Assembly (NCBI RefSeq): GCF_003334315.1
Contig: NZ_QOWR01000024.1
From: Escherichia coli
GTDB lineage: Bacteria; Pseudomonadota; Gammaproteobacteria; Enterobacterales; Enterobacteriaceae
Reading direction: 5' to 3' (one strand)
Length of the DNA: 64,000 nt
Part shown: positions 23,121 through 33,460 of the stretch, piece after piece
Position numbering within the stretch: position 1 is the stretch's first letter
Layout: every line of letters begins with the position of its first letter
Notes under the pieces: generated by a model
The model's database searches: none
What the model saw: only the letters and a program-made list of their open reading frames with translations
What the model was told of the DNA's origin: nothing
Translations under genes and position numbers: made by a program

Positions 23121-24379
23121 GATAAAAACTCTCTTTGGGCTCGTGAAAAAAAGGCGTCATCACCGAAGTTGCCAGATTTAAGGGCGAGTGAGACAGGCTT
23201 ATCCAGTGCGTTTACCCACGGCACGCCGGGGGAAATGGTTGGGCCAATATGAAACCCTTTTATGCCCAGGCTCTGTGTGACTACGCCGGAGGTCTCACCG
23301 CCTGCGACAATAAAGCGTGCCACGCCTTCCGCCGCTAACCGCGCCGCTAGTTGAGAAAACAGTGTTTCTACTGCCTGACTGGCTTTTTGTGCACCGTATT
23401 GCTGTTGAATTGCTGCCAATGCGTCAGTGCTGGCGGTGGCAAAAACCAGTGGAGCAAGTACACTTTCCTGGCCCAGAACCCACTCTGCCAGTTCGTGTGC
23501 ATAAGTGGCCAGAGTTTCAGTTGAGAGGCAGCGTGCCACATCAACTTCACGGGCTGGTGCAATTTGACGGTAATGTGCTACCTGGCGGTTGGTCATTTGA
23601 GAGCATGAACCGGAGAGCACTACGCCGCGCCCAGCGAGCGGATGCCCTGCTTCGCGAGCCTGGTTACCGTTTTCTTGCGTCCACTGCCGGGCCAGGCCAA
23701 TCGCCAGACCAGAACCGCCCGTTACCAGTGGGGCATCGCGCAAGGCTTCTCCCTGAATTTCCAGATGGTGTTCGGTCAGCGCATCAAGCACCGCGTAGCG
23801 GTAGCCCTCTTGCTGTAAGCGAGCCAGCTCTTGACGAACGGCATCCACACCTTGTTCGAAAACATGTGCCGAAACGACGCCGCAGCGCCCTGTGGATTGC
23901 GCTTCAACCAGACGGGGAAGATAGCTGTCGGTCATGGGATTTACCGGGTGATGGCGCATCCCGGATTCGGCCAGCAGTTGATTCATTACGAACAAATACC
24001 CCTGATAAACCGTACGTCCGTTGACCGGCAGGGCCGGAGAGAAGACCGTAAACGGCGTGTCGAGAGCATCCATTAATGCATCGGTAACCGGGCCGATATT
24101 ACCTTTAGCCGTACTGTCGAAAGTAGAGCAGTATTTGAAATAGATCTGTTTGCAACCTTGCTGTTGCAACCAGCTCAGAGCCGCCAGCGATTGCTGTGTG
24201 GCTTCAACCACCGGACAGGAACGCGTTTTCAGGCTGATCACCAGTGCGTCGATTGCTTCCGGCATTTTACCTGTTGGAACACCGTTAATTTGTACCGTTG
24301 GTAGACCGTTTTCCACCAGAAAACTGGCGATATCCGTTGCGCCGGTAAAATCATCGGCGATAACGCCAATCTTGATCAT
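23117..24379 (-). CDS. ygbK: DUF1537-family four-carbon acid-sugar kinase YgbK (3-oxo-tetronate kinase, OtnK) (420 aa)
   Basis: N-terminal IADDFTGA motif typical of DUF1537 kinases; 4-nt overlaps with both neighbours. Confidence 0.85.
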   Translation of the reverse strand: MIKIGVIADDFTGATDIASFLVENGLPTVQINGVPTGKMPEAIDALVISLKTRSCPVVEATQQSLAALSWLQQQGCKQIYFKYCSTFDSTAKGNIGPVTDALMDALDTPFTVFSPALPVNGRTVYQGYLFVMNQLLAESGMRHHPVNPMTDSYLPRLVEAQSTGRCGVVSAHVFEQGVDAVRQELARLQQEGYRYAVLDALTEHHLEIQGEALRDAPLVTGGSGLAIGLARQWTQENGNQAREAGHPLAGRGVVLSGSCSQMTNRQVAHYRQIAPAREVDVARCLSTETLATYAHELAEWVLGQESVLAPLVFATASTDALAAIQQQYGAQKASQAVETLFSQLAARLAAEGVARFIVAGGETSGVVTQSLGIKGFHIGPTISPGVPWVNALDKPVSLALKSGNFGDDAFFSRAQREFLS

Positions 24380-25284
24380 GATTTCGCTCCCGGTAGAGTG
24401 ATGCCAGAGAAAATCTTGATAACTGCGCTATCGTCTTCTTTCCCGTAACCCGCGTTACTGGCGCTGGTGAACATATTCAATGCTGTTGAGGCCAATGGCA
24501 GCGGGAAGTGCAGGGCTTTGGCTGTATCGGCAACCAGGCCAAGATCCTTAACAAAAATATCGACGGCTGAATGCGGGGTGTAATCGCCATCCACCACATG
24601 ACGCATCCGGTTTTCGAACATCCAGGAATTTCCGGCGGCATTGGTCACGACGTCATACATCACATCCAGCGGGATCCCCGCACGGGCTGCAAGTGCCATC
24701 GCTTCGGCTCCGGCAGCAATATGTACGCCCGCTAACAACTGGTGAATAATTTTTACGGTCGAACCTAGTCCCGGTTCTGCACCTATGCGATAAACTTTTC
24801 CGGCAACGGCTTCCAGCACGGGTGCCAGTCGTTCAAAGGCAATATCGCTACCGGAGGCCATGACAGTCATTTCACCGTTAGCGGCTTTTACTGCACCACC
24901 AGAAACTGGCGCATCCAGCATTTCCAGATCGAATCCAGCCAGAGCGGTAGCAATTTCTTGCGCATCAGCACTAGCGATAGTGGAAGAAACCATTACTGCC
25001 GTACCGGGTTTCAGATGTTGTGCAACGCCTGTTTCACCAAACAGCACCTGTTTAACCTGGGCCGCATTGACCACCAGCACCAGCAGAGCGTCCAGTTTTT
25101 CGGCAAACGTCGCGGCGTTATCAGAAACCCCGCAAGCACCTGCCTCTTTCAACGTAGCGCAGGCATTGCTGTTCAGGTCTGCGCCCCAGGTAGAAAGACC
25201 TGCGCGGACACATGACAGTGCTGCTCCCATTCCCATTGACCCTAAGCCAACGATACCGACATGAAACTCAGATCCCGTTTTCAT
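24376..25284 (-). CDS. ygbJ: NAD-dependent 3-hydroxyisobutyrate-dehydrogenase-family enzyme YgbJ (L-threonate dehydrogenase, LtnD) (302 aa)
   Basis: Rossmann motif GIVGLGSMGMGAA at the N-terminus; first gene of the operon. Confidence 0.88.
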   Translation of the reverse strand: MKTGSEFHVGIVGLGSMGMGAALSCVRAGLSTWGADLNSNACATLKEAGACGVSDNAATFAEKLDALLVLVVNAAQVKQVLFGETGVAQHLKPGTAVMVSSTIASADAQEIATALAGFDLEMLDAPVSGGAVKAANGEMTVMASGSDIAFERLAPVLEAVAGKVYRIGAEPGLGSTVKIIHQLLAGVHIAAGAEAMALAARAGIPLDVMYDVVTNAAGNSWMFENRMRHVVDGDYTPHSAVDIFVKDLGLVADTAKALHFPLPLASTALNMFTSASNAGYGKEDDSAVIKIFSGITLPGAKS

Positions 25285-25365
25285 CTGCTCTCCTTGTTAA
25301 TTTAAGTGATATTTTGTTTGATATTGTGAATATAAGCGCTGGAAGATAACGATATGGTGAGCTGA

Positions 25366-25402
25366 TTCACATAAATTAACATTGTGTGTTATTTTATGTG
25401 AA
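25366..25402. promoter_or_regulatory. Candidate operator (inverted repeat) in the ygbJ-ygbI divergent promoter region
   Basis: TTCACATAAA (25366-25375) and its reverse complement TTTATGTGAA (25393-25402), 17 bp apart, in the intergenic region between the DeoR-family regulator gene and the operon. Confidence 0.35.
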
Positions 25403-25479
25403 CTAAGCGTTAGTTGCGCCGCGCACGTTTCGCAGGCAAATAGCGTAGAATGTCAGCAGGACAAAGGAAGGAGCAAAAG

Positions 25480-26247
25480 TTGATACCCGTAGAGCGTCGC
25501 CAAATCATCCTTGAGATGGTAGCTGAAAAAGGCATTGTCAGTATTGCTGAACTAACGGACAGAATGAATGTGTCACATATGACCATTCGTCGGGATTTAC
25601 AAAAACTGGAGCAGCAGGGAGCCGTTGTGCTGGTGTCCGGAGGCGTCCAGTCTCCGGGACGCGTGGCGCATGAACCTTCTCATCAGGTAAAAACTGCGCT
25701 GGCAATGACGCAAAAAGCGGCTATTGGCAAGCTGGCGGCAAATCTTGTTCAGCCGGGAAGTTGTATCTATCTGGATGCGGGAACGACCACGTTAGCGATA
25801 GCACAGCATCTGATTCACATGGAGTCACTGACTGTGGTCACAAACGATTTCGTTATTGCAGACTACTTGCTCGACAACAGTAATTGCACAATTATTCACA
25901 CTGGCGGTGCAGTGTGTCGGGAAAACCGTTCCTGTGTCGGGGAAGCCGCTGCGACCATGCTGCGCAGCCTGATGATTGATCAGGCTTTTATTTCTGCATC
26001 GTCATGGAGTGTGCGGGGGATTTCTACGCCAGCGGAAGATAAAGTCACGGTGAAACGGGCGATTGCCAGTGCCAGCCGCCAGCGAGTTTTGGTCTGTGAT
26101 GCGACGAAATATGGTCAGGTGGCGACATGGCTGGCGTTACCATTAAGCGAGTTTGATCAGATTATCACAGACGACGGTTTGCCGGAGAGTGCCAGTCGCG
26201 CGCTGGCGAAGCAGGATCTCTCTTTGCTGGTAGCGAAAAATGAATAA
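25480..26247 (+). CDS. ygbI: DeoR-family transcriptional regulator YgbI (255 aa, probable TTG start)
   Basis: HTH (IAELTDRMNVSHMTIRRDL) plus sugar-binding domain; strong RBS aggaaggag 7 nt before the TTG at 25480. The track ORF starts at the ATG at 25450, which has no comparable RBS. Confidence 0.85.
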   Translation: MIPVERRQIILEMVAEKGIVSIAELTDRMNVSHMTIRRDLQKLEQQGAVVLVSGGVQSPGRVAHEPSHQVKTALAMTQKAAIGKLAANLVQPGSCIYLDAGTTTLAIAQHLIHMESLTVVTNDFVIADYLLDNSNCTIIHTGGAVCRENRSCVGEAAATMLRSLMIDQAFISASSWSVRGISTPAEDKVTVKRAIASASRQRVLVCDATKYGQVATWLALPLSEFDQIITDDGLPESASRALAKQDLSLLVAKNE

Positions 26248-26270
26248 TGGCCTGCAATAACATTTGGTTA

Positions 26271-26296
26271 CTCATGCTTCACAGAAGAAGCATGAG
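26271..26296. terminator. Convergent-gene hairpin between ygbI and pphB
   Basis: Perfect 10-bp inverted repeat ctcatgcttc-acagaa-gaagcatgag, followed by actactttatttta. Confidence 0.6.
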
Positions 26297-26297
26297 A

Positions 26298-26954
26298 CTA
26301 CTTTATTTTATAAAATGACAGCCGCCCGCTTTTCGGCGTGCCGGTATCAATATAAATCTGGTTAGCGAACGTCTGAATGTTATCAAACATCATATGTCCA
26401 AATATAAAATAATCAGCGCCGTTTATTTGTTGTAACTCGCCATTAAGCGATTTCTGCACACGATCAACAGGCCAGAGTAATTCGCTTTCTGCTATTTCTT
26501 TACCAAACTGATATTCATCACCCGGATAATCTGCATGTGCGATGGCATATTTTATGTTGTCATTAATGATTTCAATAATATGTGGAAGGTGATGGAATTT
26601 CAGCAACAGATCTATTGCCTCTTGTTGCTCTGAATCATTTAAATCGAAAAACCAGTCACCACCGCTGGCAAGCCACATATTTCCATCGCCAGTTTCGAAT
26701 GCATCCAACGCCATCGCTTCGTGGTTGCCTTTAACCGACGTAAACCAGGGTTGGTTTAGCAGGCGCAGCACGTTAAGACTCTTCGGCCCACGATCAATAT
26801 TATCGCCGACAGAAATAAGTAAGTCGATTTCGGGGAAAAAAGAGAGTTGATGTAAGCGGGATTGTAATAACTGATATTCACCATGAATATCACCAACGAC
26901 CCATATATGGCGATAGTGATGGGCATTGATTTTTTGATAGCGTGTAGATGGCAT
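26298..26954 (-). CDS. pphB: Serine/threonine protein phosphatase 2 PphB (218 aa)
   Basis: Metallophosphoesterase motifs (GDIHG, GDNIDRG, GNHE). Confidence 0.92.
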   Translation of the reverse strand: MPSTRYQKINAHHYRHIWVVGDIHGEYQLLQSRLHQLSFFPEIDLLISVGDNIDRGPKSLNVLRLLNQPWFTSVKGNHEAMALDAFETGDGNMWLASGGDWFFDLNDSEQQEAIDLLLKFHHLPHIIEIINDNIKYAIAHADYPGDEYQFGKEIAESELLWPVDRVQKSLNGELQQINGADYFIFGHMMFDNIQTFANQIYIDTGTPKSGRLSFYKIK

Positions 26955-27059
26955 GGTTTTACCCTGTAAAATAAGCTTTCCTATTATACAGGGTGTTTTT
27001 ATTTTATTCGTCAGTTGTCGTTAATATTCCCGATAGCAAAAGACTATCGGGAATTGTTA

Positions 27060-29621
27060 TTACACCAGGCTCTTCAAGCGATAAATCCACTCCAGCGCCT
27101 GACGCGGGGTGAGTGAATCCGGATCAAGATTTTCCAGAGCTTCGACCGCAGGCGAAGTTTCTTCTGGTACTGACAGCAAAGACATTTGCGTACCATCCAC
27201 TTGCGTAGCGGCGGCGTTCGGCGAAATGCTTTCCAGCTCACGCAGCTTTTGCCGTGCGCGCTTAATAACCTCTTTTGGCACGCCTGCCAGAGCTGCAACC
27301 GCCAGGCCGTAGCTTTTGCTCGCCGCGCCATCCTGCACGCTGTGCATAAAGGCAATGGTGTCGCCGTGCTCCAGTGCATCGAGATGCACGTTAGCGACGC
27401 CTTCCATTTTCTCCGGTAACTGGGTCAGCTCGAAATAGTGGGTAGCAAACAGCGTCAATGCCTTAATCTTATTCGCCAGATTTTCTGCGCACGCCCACGC
27501 CAGCGACAGACCATCGTAAGTGGACGTTCCACGCCCGATCTCATCCATCAATACCAGACTGTACTCGGTGGCGTTATGTAAAATATTGGCGGTTTCGGTC
27601 ATCTCCACCATAAAGGTTGAGCGCCCGGACGCCAGGTCATCTGCCGCGCCTACGCGGGTAAAGATGCGATCGATAGGTCCAATCTCGACTTTTTGTGCCG
27701 GTACATAGCTGCCGATGTAGGCCATCAGCGCAATCAGTGCGGTCTGGCGCATATAGGTACTTTTACCGCCCATGTTCGGACCGGTGATGATCAACATGCG
27801 GCGCTGCGGCGACAGATTCAGCGGGTTGGCGATAAATGGCTCATTCAGTACTTGTTCAACTACCGGATGGCGACCTTCGGTAATGCGAATGCCCGGTTTA
27901 TCAATGAAGGTCGGGCAGGTGTAGTTCAGGGTATAGGCGCGTTCCGCCAGGTTCACCAGCACGTCGAGTTCCGCCAGCGCGCTCGCGCTCTGTTGCAACG
28001 CTTCCAGATGCGGCAACAGCAGGTCGAACAACTCTTCATAAAGCTGTTTTTCCAGTGCCAGTGCTTTGCCTTTTGAGGTGAGAACTTTATCTTCGTACTC
28101 TTTTAGCTCTGGAATGATGTAGCGCTCGGCGTTTTTCAGCGTCTGGCGACGCATGTAGTTGATGGGTGCCAGATGGCTTTGCCCACGGCTGATTTGAATG
28201 TAGTAGCCGTGCACCGCATTAAAGCCAACTTTCAGCGTGTCCAGGCCGGTACGTTCACGCTCGCGGACTTCCAGACGCTCCAGATAATCGGTCGCGCCGT
28301 CAGCCAGCGCGCGCCACTCATCCAGCTCTTCGTTATAGCCCGATGCGATAACACCACCGTCGCGTACCAGCACCGGCGGTGTGTCGATGATTGCTCGCTC
28401 CAGCAGATCGCGCAGCTCGGCAAACTCGCCCATCTTCTCACGTAGCGCCTGTACCGGTGCACTATCGACAGTTTCTAACTGCGCACGCAGCTCCGGCAGT
28501 TGCTGGAAAGCGTGGCGCATACGGGCCAGATCGCGTGGGCGAGCAGTTCGTAAAGCCAGACGTGCCAGAATACGTTCCAGGTCGCCGACCTGACGCAGTA
28601 CCGGCTGTAGCCCGGCGGTGAAATCCTGCAATGCGCCAATAGTTTGCTGGCGCTCAAGCAACACGCGGGTATCGCGCACTGGCATATGCAGCCAGCGTTT
28701 CAGCATACGGCTGCCCATCGGCGTGACGGTGCAGTCGAGCACAGAAGCCAGCGTATTTTCCGCACCACCCGCCAGGTTCTGGGTGATTTCCAGATTACGA
28801 CGCGTCGCGGCATCCATAATGATGCTGTCCTGCTCACGTTCCATGGTGATGGAACGAATATGCGGCAGAGTCGTACGTTGGGTATCTTTCGCATACTGCA
28901 ACAGACAACCGGCAGCACAAAGTCCGCGCGGCGCGTTCTCGACGCCAAAACCGACCAGATCGCGGGTCCCAAATTGCAGATTCAACTGCTGGCGCGCGGT
29001 GTCGATTTCAAACTCCCACAGCGGGCGACGGCGCAGGCCGCGACGGCCTTCAATTAACGACATTTCAGCAAAATCTTCTGCATACAGCAGTTCCGCAGGA
29101 TTAGTGCGTTGCAGTTCTGCCGCCATCGTTTCGCGGTCAGCCGGTTCGCTCAGGCGAAAACGCCCGGAACTGATATCCAGCGTCGCGTAGCCGAAACCTT
29201 TGCTGTCCTGCCAGATAGCCGCCAGCAGGTTGTCCTGACGCTCCTGCAACAGGGCTTCATCGCTGATGGTGCCTGGCGTAACGATACGCACAACTTTGCG
29301 CTCAACCGGACCTTTGCTGGTCGCCGGATCGCCAATTTGTTCGCAGATGGCAACGGACTCTCCCTGATTCACCAGTTTGGCGAGATAGTTTTCCACCGCA
29401 TGGTAGGGAATCCCCGCCATCGGGATCGGCTCTCCCGCCGAAGCACCGCGTTTGGTCAGTGAAATATCCAGCAGTTGCGACGCGCGTTTTGCGTCGTCAT
29501 AAAACAGTTCATAAAAATCACCCATCCGGTAAAACAGCAGGATCTCGGGATGCTGGGCTTTCAGCCTGAGATACTGCTGCATCATGGGCGTATGGGCGTC
29601 GAAATTTTCTATTGCACTCAT
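27060..29621 (-). CDS. mutS: DNA mismatch repair protein MutS (853 aa)
   Basis: Full-length MutS with Walker A (GPNMGGKST) and the conserved N-terminal mismatch-binding region. Confidence 0.97.
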   Translation of the reverse strand: MSAIENFDAHTPMMQQYLRLKAQHPEILLFYRMGDFYELFYDDAKRASQLLDISLTKRGASAGEPIPMAGIPYHAVENYLAKLVNQGESVAICEQIGDPATSKGPVERKVVRIVTPGTISDEALLQERQDNLLAAIWQDSKGFGYATLDISSGRFRLSEPADRETMAAELQRTNPAELLYAEDFAEMSLIEGRRGLRRRPLWEFEIDTARQQLNLQFGTRDLVGFGVENAPRGLCAAGCLLQYAKDTQRTTLPHIRSITMEREQDSIIMDAATRRNLEITQNLAGGAENTLASVLDCTVTPMGSRMLKRWLHMPVRDTRVLLERQQTIGALQDFTAGLQPVLRQVGDLERILARLALRTARPRDLARMRHAFQQLPELRAQLETVDSAPVQALREKMGEFAELRDLLERAIIDTPPVLVRDGGVIASGYNEELDEWRALADGATDYLERLEVRERERTGLDTLKVGFNAVHGYYIQISRGQSHLAPINYMRRQTLKNAERYIIPELKEYEDKVLTSKGKALALEKQLYEELFDLLLPHLEALQQSASALAELDVLVNLAERAYTLNYTCPTFIDKPGIRITEGRHPVVEQVLNEPFIANPLNLSPQRRMLIITGPNMGGKSTYMRQTALIALMAYIGSYVPAQKVEIGPIDRIFTRVGAADDLASGRSTFMVEMTETANILHNATEYSLVLMDEIGRGTSTYDGLSLAWACAENLANKIKALTLFATHYFELTQLPEKMEGVANVHLDALEHGDTIAFMHSVQDGAASKSYGLAVAALAGVPKEVIKRARQKLRELESISPNAAATQVDGTQMSLLSVPEETSPAVEALENLDPDSLTPRQALEWIYRLKSLV

Positions 29622-29867
29622 GGGGTTATGTCCGGTTCCCTGATATTAAATGGGGTGTGATGGTTTTTATTTTCGTTGTAATCACATAAGGCGCACATGA
29701 TACCGGAGTTAATCATTTCAGGGGAAGAAGCGAACGGCGAGTTCTTGATGCTGGTTCCGGGAAAGATGCTGTTTTGCAGCTTTTGCGTGATGCTTATGAA
29801 GCAAGTACGCAAAATTGTATCGGTTGGCGAACCCTTCTTCTTTGGAGTCATAGTGCCCTTTAAGATT

Positions 29868-29890
29868 AAGATGTAATATAAATACATCTT
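29868..29890. promoter_or_regulatory. NsrR-type operator in the ygbA promoter
   Basis: AAGATGTAATATAAATACATCTT, a perfect inverted repeat (AAGATGTA / TACATCTT) 18 bp upstream of the ygbA start; matches the NsrR consensus AAGATGyATTTnAAATrCATCTT. Confidence 0.75.
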
Positions 29891-29907
29891 AATGAGGTGG
29901 AGGCAGC

Positions 29908-30261
29908 ATGTCCGGCAAGCGTATCTCTCGTGAAAAACTGACGATTAAAAAAATGATCGATCTTTATCAAGCGAAATGCCCGCAGGCGTCAGCGGAGCCG
30001 GAGCATTACGAGGCGTTGTTTGTTTACGCGCAAAAGCGGCTGGATAAATGTGTGTTCGGCGAAGAGAAACCAGCCTGTAAGCAGTGTCCGGTGCACTGTT
30101 ACCAGCCTGCAAAGCGTGAAGAGATGAAACAGATTATGCGTTGGGCCGGGCCGAGAATGCTGTGGCGTCATCCGATCTTAACCGTGCGTCATCTCATCGA
30201 TGACAAGCGTCCGGTGCCAGAACTGCCGGAAAAATATCGTCCGAAAAAACCTCATGAATAG
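29908..30261 (+). CDS. ygbA: Cysteine-rich protein YgbA (NsrR regulon, nitrosative stress) (117 aa)
   Basis: 117-aa ORF with multiple Cys, located between mutS and fhlA with an NsrR box upstream. Confidence 0.85.
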   Translation: MSGKRISREKLTIKKMIDLYQAKCPQASAEPEHYEALFVYAQKRLDKCVFGEEKPACKQCPVHCYQPAKREEMKQIMRWAGPRMLWRHPILTVRHLIDDKRPVPELPEKYRPKKPHE

Positions 30262-30297
30262 TATGCCGGACAGGCAGATCTGTCCGGCAATTTGCAG
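30262..30297. terminator. Bidirectional hairpin between ygbA and fhlA
   Basis: Inverted repeat gccggacag-gcagat-ctgtccggc immediately after both stop codons. Confidence 0.65.
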
Positions 30298-32376
30298 TTA
30301 AATCAATGCCGATTTATCAATTCCCAGCCGCTTCATCCGTGACAGCAGGGTCGTGCGTTTCAGCCCCAGACGTTGCGCAGCGCCTTTAGGCCCGGCAACC
30401 ACGCCGTTGGTTTCTTTCAGCACGCGCACAATCAACTGATATTCATCTTCGCCCTCCAGGGCGACAACCGTTGCGGCAGGCGGCGTTTCAGGTTCCGGTA
30501 AAACAATATCTGGCAATGACAGCTGCAGCACGTTACCGCGTGTTAGCAATACCGCGCGCTCAATGACGTTTTCCAGTTCGCGTACGTTACCCGGCCACTC
30601 CATGTTGCTCAAGGTGCGCAGCGTCTCGGCAGGAATGCTGTCGATATTGCGCCCCAGACGACGGGCAATTTTGAAGGTAAAGGCTTTCGCCAGCAGCGGA
30701 ATATCTTCCGGACGCTCGCGTAGTGGCGGCAGGTGAATCGGGAATACGTTCAGGCGGTAATAGAGATCGCTACGGAACTCACGGTCGGCGACCATTTTTT
30801 TCAGATCGCGGTTAGTCGCGGCGATTAGACGCACGTCCGTCTGAATGATTTTGTTGCTGCCGAGACGTTCAAACTCCTGTTCCTGCAATACACGCAGCAA
30901 CTTCGGCTGTAACTCCAGTGGCATATCGCCCACTTCGTCGAGGAACAGGGAGCTTTTATCCGCCAGTTCAAAACGACCGATACGCTGGGCGCTGGCACCG
31001 GTAAAAGCCCCACGCTCATGACCAAACAGATCGCTTTCCAGCAATCCGGCAGGCATCGCCGCGCAGTTCATTTTGACCATGCGGCGATTATTACGCCCAC
31101 TGAGATTATGGATCGCACGGGCAATCAGCTCTTTACCCGTGCCAGTTTCACCGAGGATCAGCACGGTACTGTCACTTTGCGCCACCATTTCAACTTGTTT
31201 AAGCACGCTGTACATGGCTTCGCTGCGGCCAATAATCTCGCCAAATTCACTATCAACATTGTTGAGCTGCTCGGTCAGGGCGAGGTTTTCATCAACCAGC
31301 CGTTCTTTCAGACGATGGATTTCCTGATAGGCGAGGGCGTTATCGACAGCGATTGCCACACGTTCGGCAATCTGGCGCAGTAAATTCAGATTGGTAGTGG
31401 TAAACACTTTCTCTTCGCATTGCGCCAGTTTCAGCACGCCCAGCATGGTGTCGCCAGACATCAGCGGTAACAGGCACAAGGTTTGAATCTGGTTGCCCCA
31501 GGTGTCGAACAACATGCGTTCATAGGGGGCTAAATCGTCCCGCTCGTGGAGATTGATCAGCAGCATCTCTTTACTTTTGAACACGCGTTCGGTGAGGGTT
31601 CCGGCTTCATCGACTTCGCTCTGTTCGTGGGCGGGATGCTGTTTATCAAGATAGTGAGTGGAGTAGATGTTGAGTTTGTTTTTACGGTGGCTGCGTAAGA
31701 CGATACTGATATCGTCAATGTCGAAATAGTAATGGATTTCTTTGGCGACTTCGCTGACCAGTTCGTCCATATCCAGGCGGGAAAGCACCGCGTTGGTGAT
31801 GGCGACCAGGATGCGGAAGTTATCGCGTTCCCGGCATAACAACTCATAGTCGACATTGTTAACGACGCGGCTCTGGATTTGTTCGGTGACGACAGAAACG
31901 ATCTGCGTAAATGTTTGCAGACGATTGAACTCTTTTTCGCTCCAGGGGCGATCGTCATAACGAATAAATTCACAGCCACCAAAAATATGCCCTTCCGCCG
32001 CCAGTGGCATCAGGCAATAGTGACCAAATTTTGGGTATAGCCCACCTGCGTCCAGCTGCGGCCAGGTTTCACAAAATTCTTCGTAACTGCAATGCAGCGT
32101 ATCAGGGCGCGACAAAATGCTGCGTACCGGACCGTGTGCCAGAACAGTTTCGTCTTCATATTTAATGGGGGTGTCTTTTTCACGCGACGCGTAATAAGAC
32201 GCACGTTGAGTCTGCGCTTGCCACAACACAATAGCCGCGTTGTCGGCGAGCGCAGAACGCTTTACCAGTTGCGAAAGAGCCTCACACAGCGAGGCCAGAT
32301 CGGGCTGCTGCAATAGTGTCCGAGTGATGTCGAACAACCCTTGTTGTCCGAGATCACTCATCGGTGTATATGACAT
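30298..32376 (-). CDS. fhlA: Formate hydrogenlyase transcriptional activator FhlA (sigma-54 bEBP, 692 aa)
   Basis: N-terminus MSYTPMSDLGQQG, AAA+ sigma-54 interaction domain ([14 protein letters not shown]) and C-terminal HTH; the track ORF carries a 12-codon upstream extension. Confidence 0.95.
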   Translation of the reverse strand: MSYTPMSDLGQQGLFDITRTLLQQPDLASLCEALSQLVKRSALADNAAIVLWQAQTQRASYYASREKDTPIKYEDETVLAHGPVRSILSRPDTLHCSYEEFCETWPQLDAGGLYPKFGHYCLMPLAAEGHIFGGCEFIRYDDRPWSEKEFNRLQTFTQIVSVVTEQIQSRVVNNVDYELLCRERDNFRILVAITNAVLSRLDMDELVSEVAKEIHYYFDIDDISIVLRSHRKNKLNIYSTHYLDKQHPAHEQSEVDEAGTLTERVFKSKEMLLINLHERDDLAPYERMLFDTWGNQIQTLCLLPLMSGDTMLGVLKLAQCEEKVFTTTNLNLLRQIAERVAIAVDNALAYQEIHRLKERLVDENLALTEQLNNVDSEFGEIIGRSEAMYSVLKQVEMVAQSDSTVLILGETGTGKELIARAIHNLSGRNNRRMVKMNCAAMPAGLLESDLFGHERGAFTGASAQRIGRFELADKSSLFLDEVGDMPLELQPKLLRVLQEQEFERLGSNKIIQTDVRLIAATNRDLKKMVADREFRSDLYYRLNVFPIHLPPLRERPEDIPLLAKAFTFKIARRLGRNIDSIPAETLRTLSNMEWPGNVRELENVIERAVLLTRGNVLQLSLPDIVLPEPETPPAATVVALEGEDEYQLIVRVLKETNGVVAGPKGAAQRLGLKRTTLLSRMKRLGIDKSALI

Positions 32377-32449
32377 TTTGTTCTTCCAGGAAAGCACCGC
32401 AAAGCGGTGCAAAAGGTCATTGACTAACTATAGGAGATTTAGAATTTTA

Positions 32450-33460
32450 TTAGCATATACGCGGAAGCGGTTCGGCGTGTGGTAAATCGAGGGTTCGTTT
32501 CACGCCATACAGACCGGCAAGACGAACACCTTTACGTTCCACCACTTCACCAATCAGCGCCGCGTCTTTCCCCAGTGGATGGGAATGTAACGCTGCCAGC
32601 ACTTGCTCTGCCGCGTTGCGTTCAACAGCTATTACTAGTTTGCCTTCGTTGGCAAAGTTCAGGGCGTCCAGTCCCAGCAATTCGCAAACGCCACGCACGG
32701 CAGGTTTAACAGGCAGTGCCGCTTCTGAAAGTTCAATACCACAACCGCAGGCTGCCGCGAACTCATGAACCACCGCGTTTACACCACCACGGGTGGCATC
32801 ACGCAGCGCTTTCACGCCGGGAATGTCACGCAGCGTCTGAATAAGCGGCGTCAGCACCGCGCAGTCGCTGACCAGTTCGCCATCCAGCCCCAGCTGCTCA
32901 CGCAGGTTAAGGATAGTCGCCCCGTGGTCGCCGAGTGTACCGCTCACCAGCAATACATCGCCTGCGGTTAGCGTCTGTGCGCCCCAGTGAATATTCGCCG
33001 GAATTGCGCCCATGCCAGCGGTGTTGATAAACAGTTTATCTACCGCGCCGCGCTGCACCACTTTAGTATCGCCAGTAACGATGGCAATGCCTGCCGCGCG
33101 GGCGGTTTCTGCCATGCTGGTCACTACGGCTTTCAGTGTCTCCATCGGCAATCCTTCTTCGAGGATAAAGCCACAGGAGAGATAGCGCGGAATAGCGCCA
33201 CTGACCGCAACGTCATTGGCTGTGCCGCAAATCGCCAGCTTGCCGATATTACCACCAGGGAAGAACAGCGGGTCAATAACGTAACTGTCGGTGGAGAACG
33301 CCAGACGGTCGCCTTCCGCTACCAGCTGCGCCAGATCAAGACGTGCCTGATCTTCCTGCTCTGCCAGCCACGGGTTGGCAAAGGCTTCCATAAACAGGCT
33401 GTTGATTAATTGCTGCATCGCCTGGCCGCCGCTACCGTGGGCGAGTTGGATATTATTCAC
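32450..33460 (-). CDS. hypE: Hydrogenase maturation protein HypE (336 aa)
   Basis: AIR-synthase-like fold with the conserved C-terminal PRIC. Confidence 0.93.
   Translation of the reverse strand: MNNIQLAHGSGGQAMQQLINSLFMEAFANPWLAEQEDQARLDLAQLVAEGDRLAFSTDSYVIDPLFFPGGNIGKLAICGTANDVAVSGAIPRYLSCGFILEEGLPMETLKAVVTSMAETARAAGIAIVTGDTKVVQRGAVDKLFINTAGMGAIPANIHWGAQTLTAGDVLLVSGTLGDHGATILNLREQLGLDGELVSDCAVLTPLIQTLRDIPGVKALRDATRGGVNAVVHEFAAACGCGIELSEAALPVKPAVRGVCELLGLDALNFANEGKLVIAVERNAAEQVLAALHSHPLGKDAALIGEVVERKGVRLAGLYGVKRTLDLPHAEPLPRIC

Noticed and set aside
29618-29887. 89-aa minus-strand ORF between mutS and ygbA, and 82-aa ORF at 10603-10851 upstream of cysD
   Set aside because: They lie in promoter/intergenic DNA, overlap regulatory sites (the NsrR box; the cysD promoter region), lack RBS support and have no recognisable family features.
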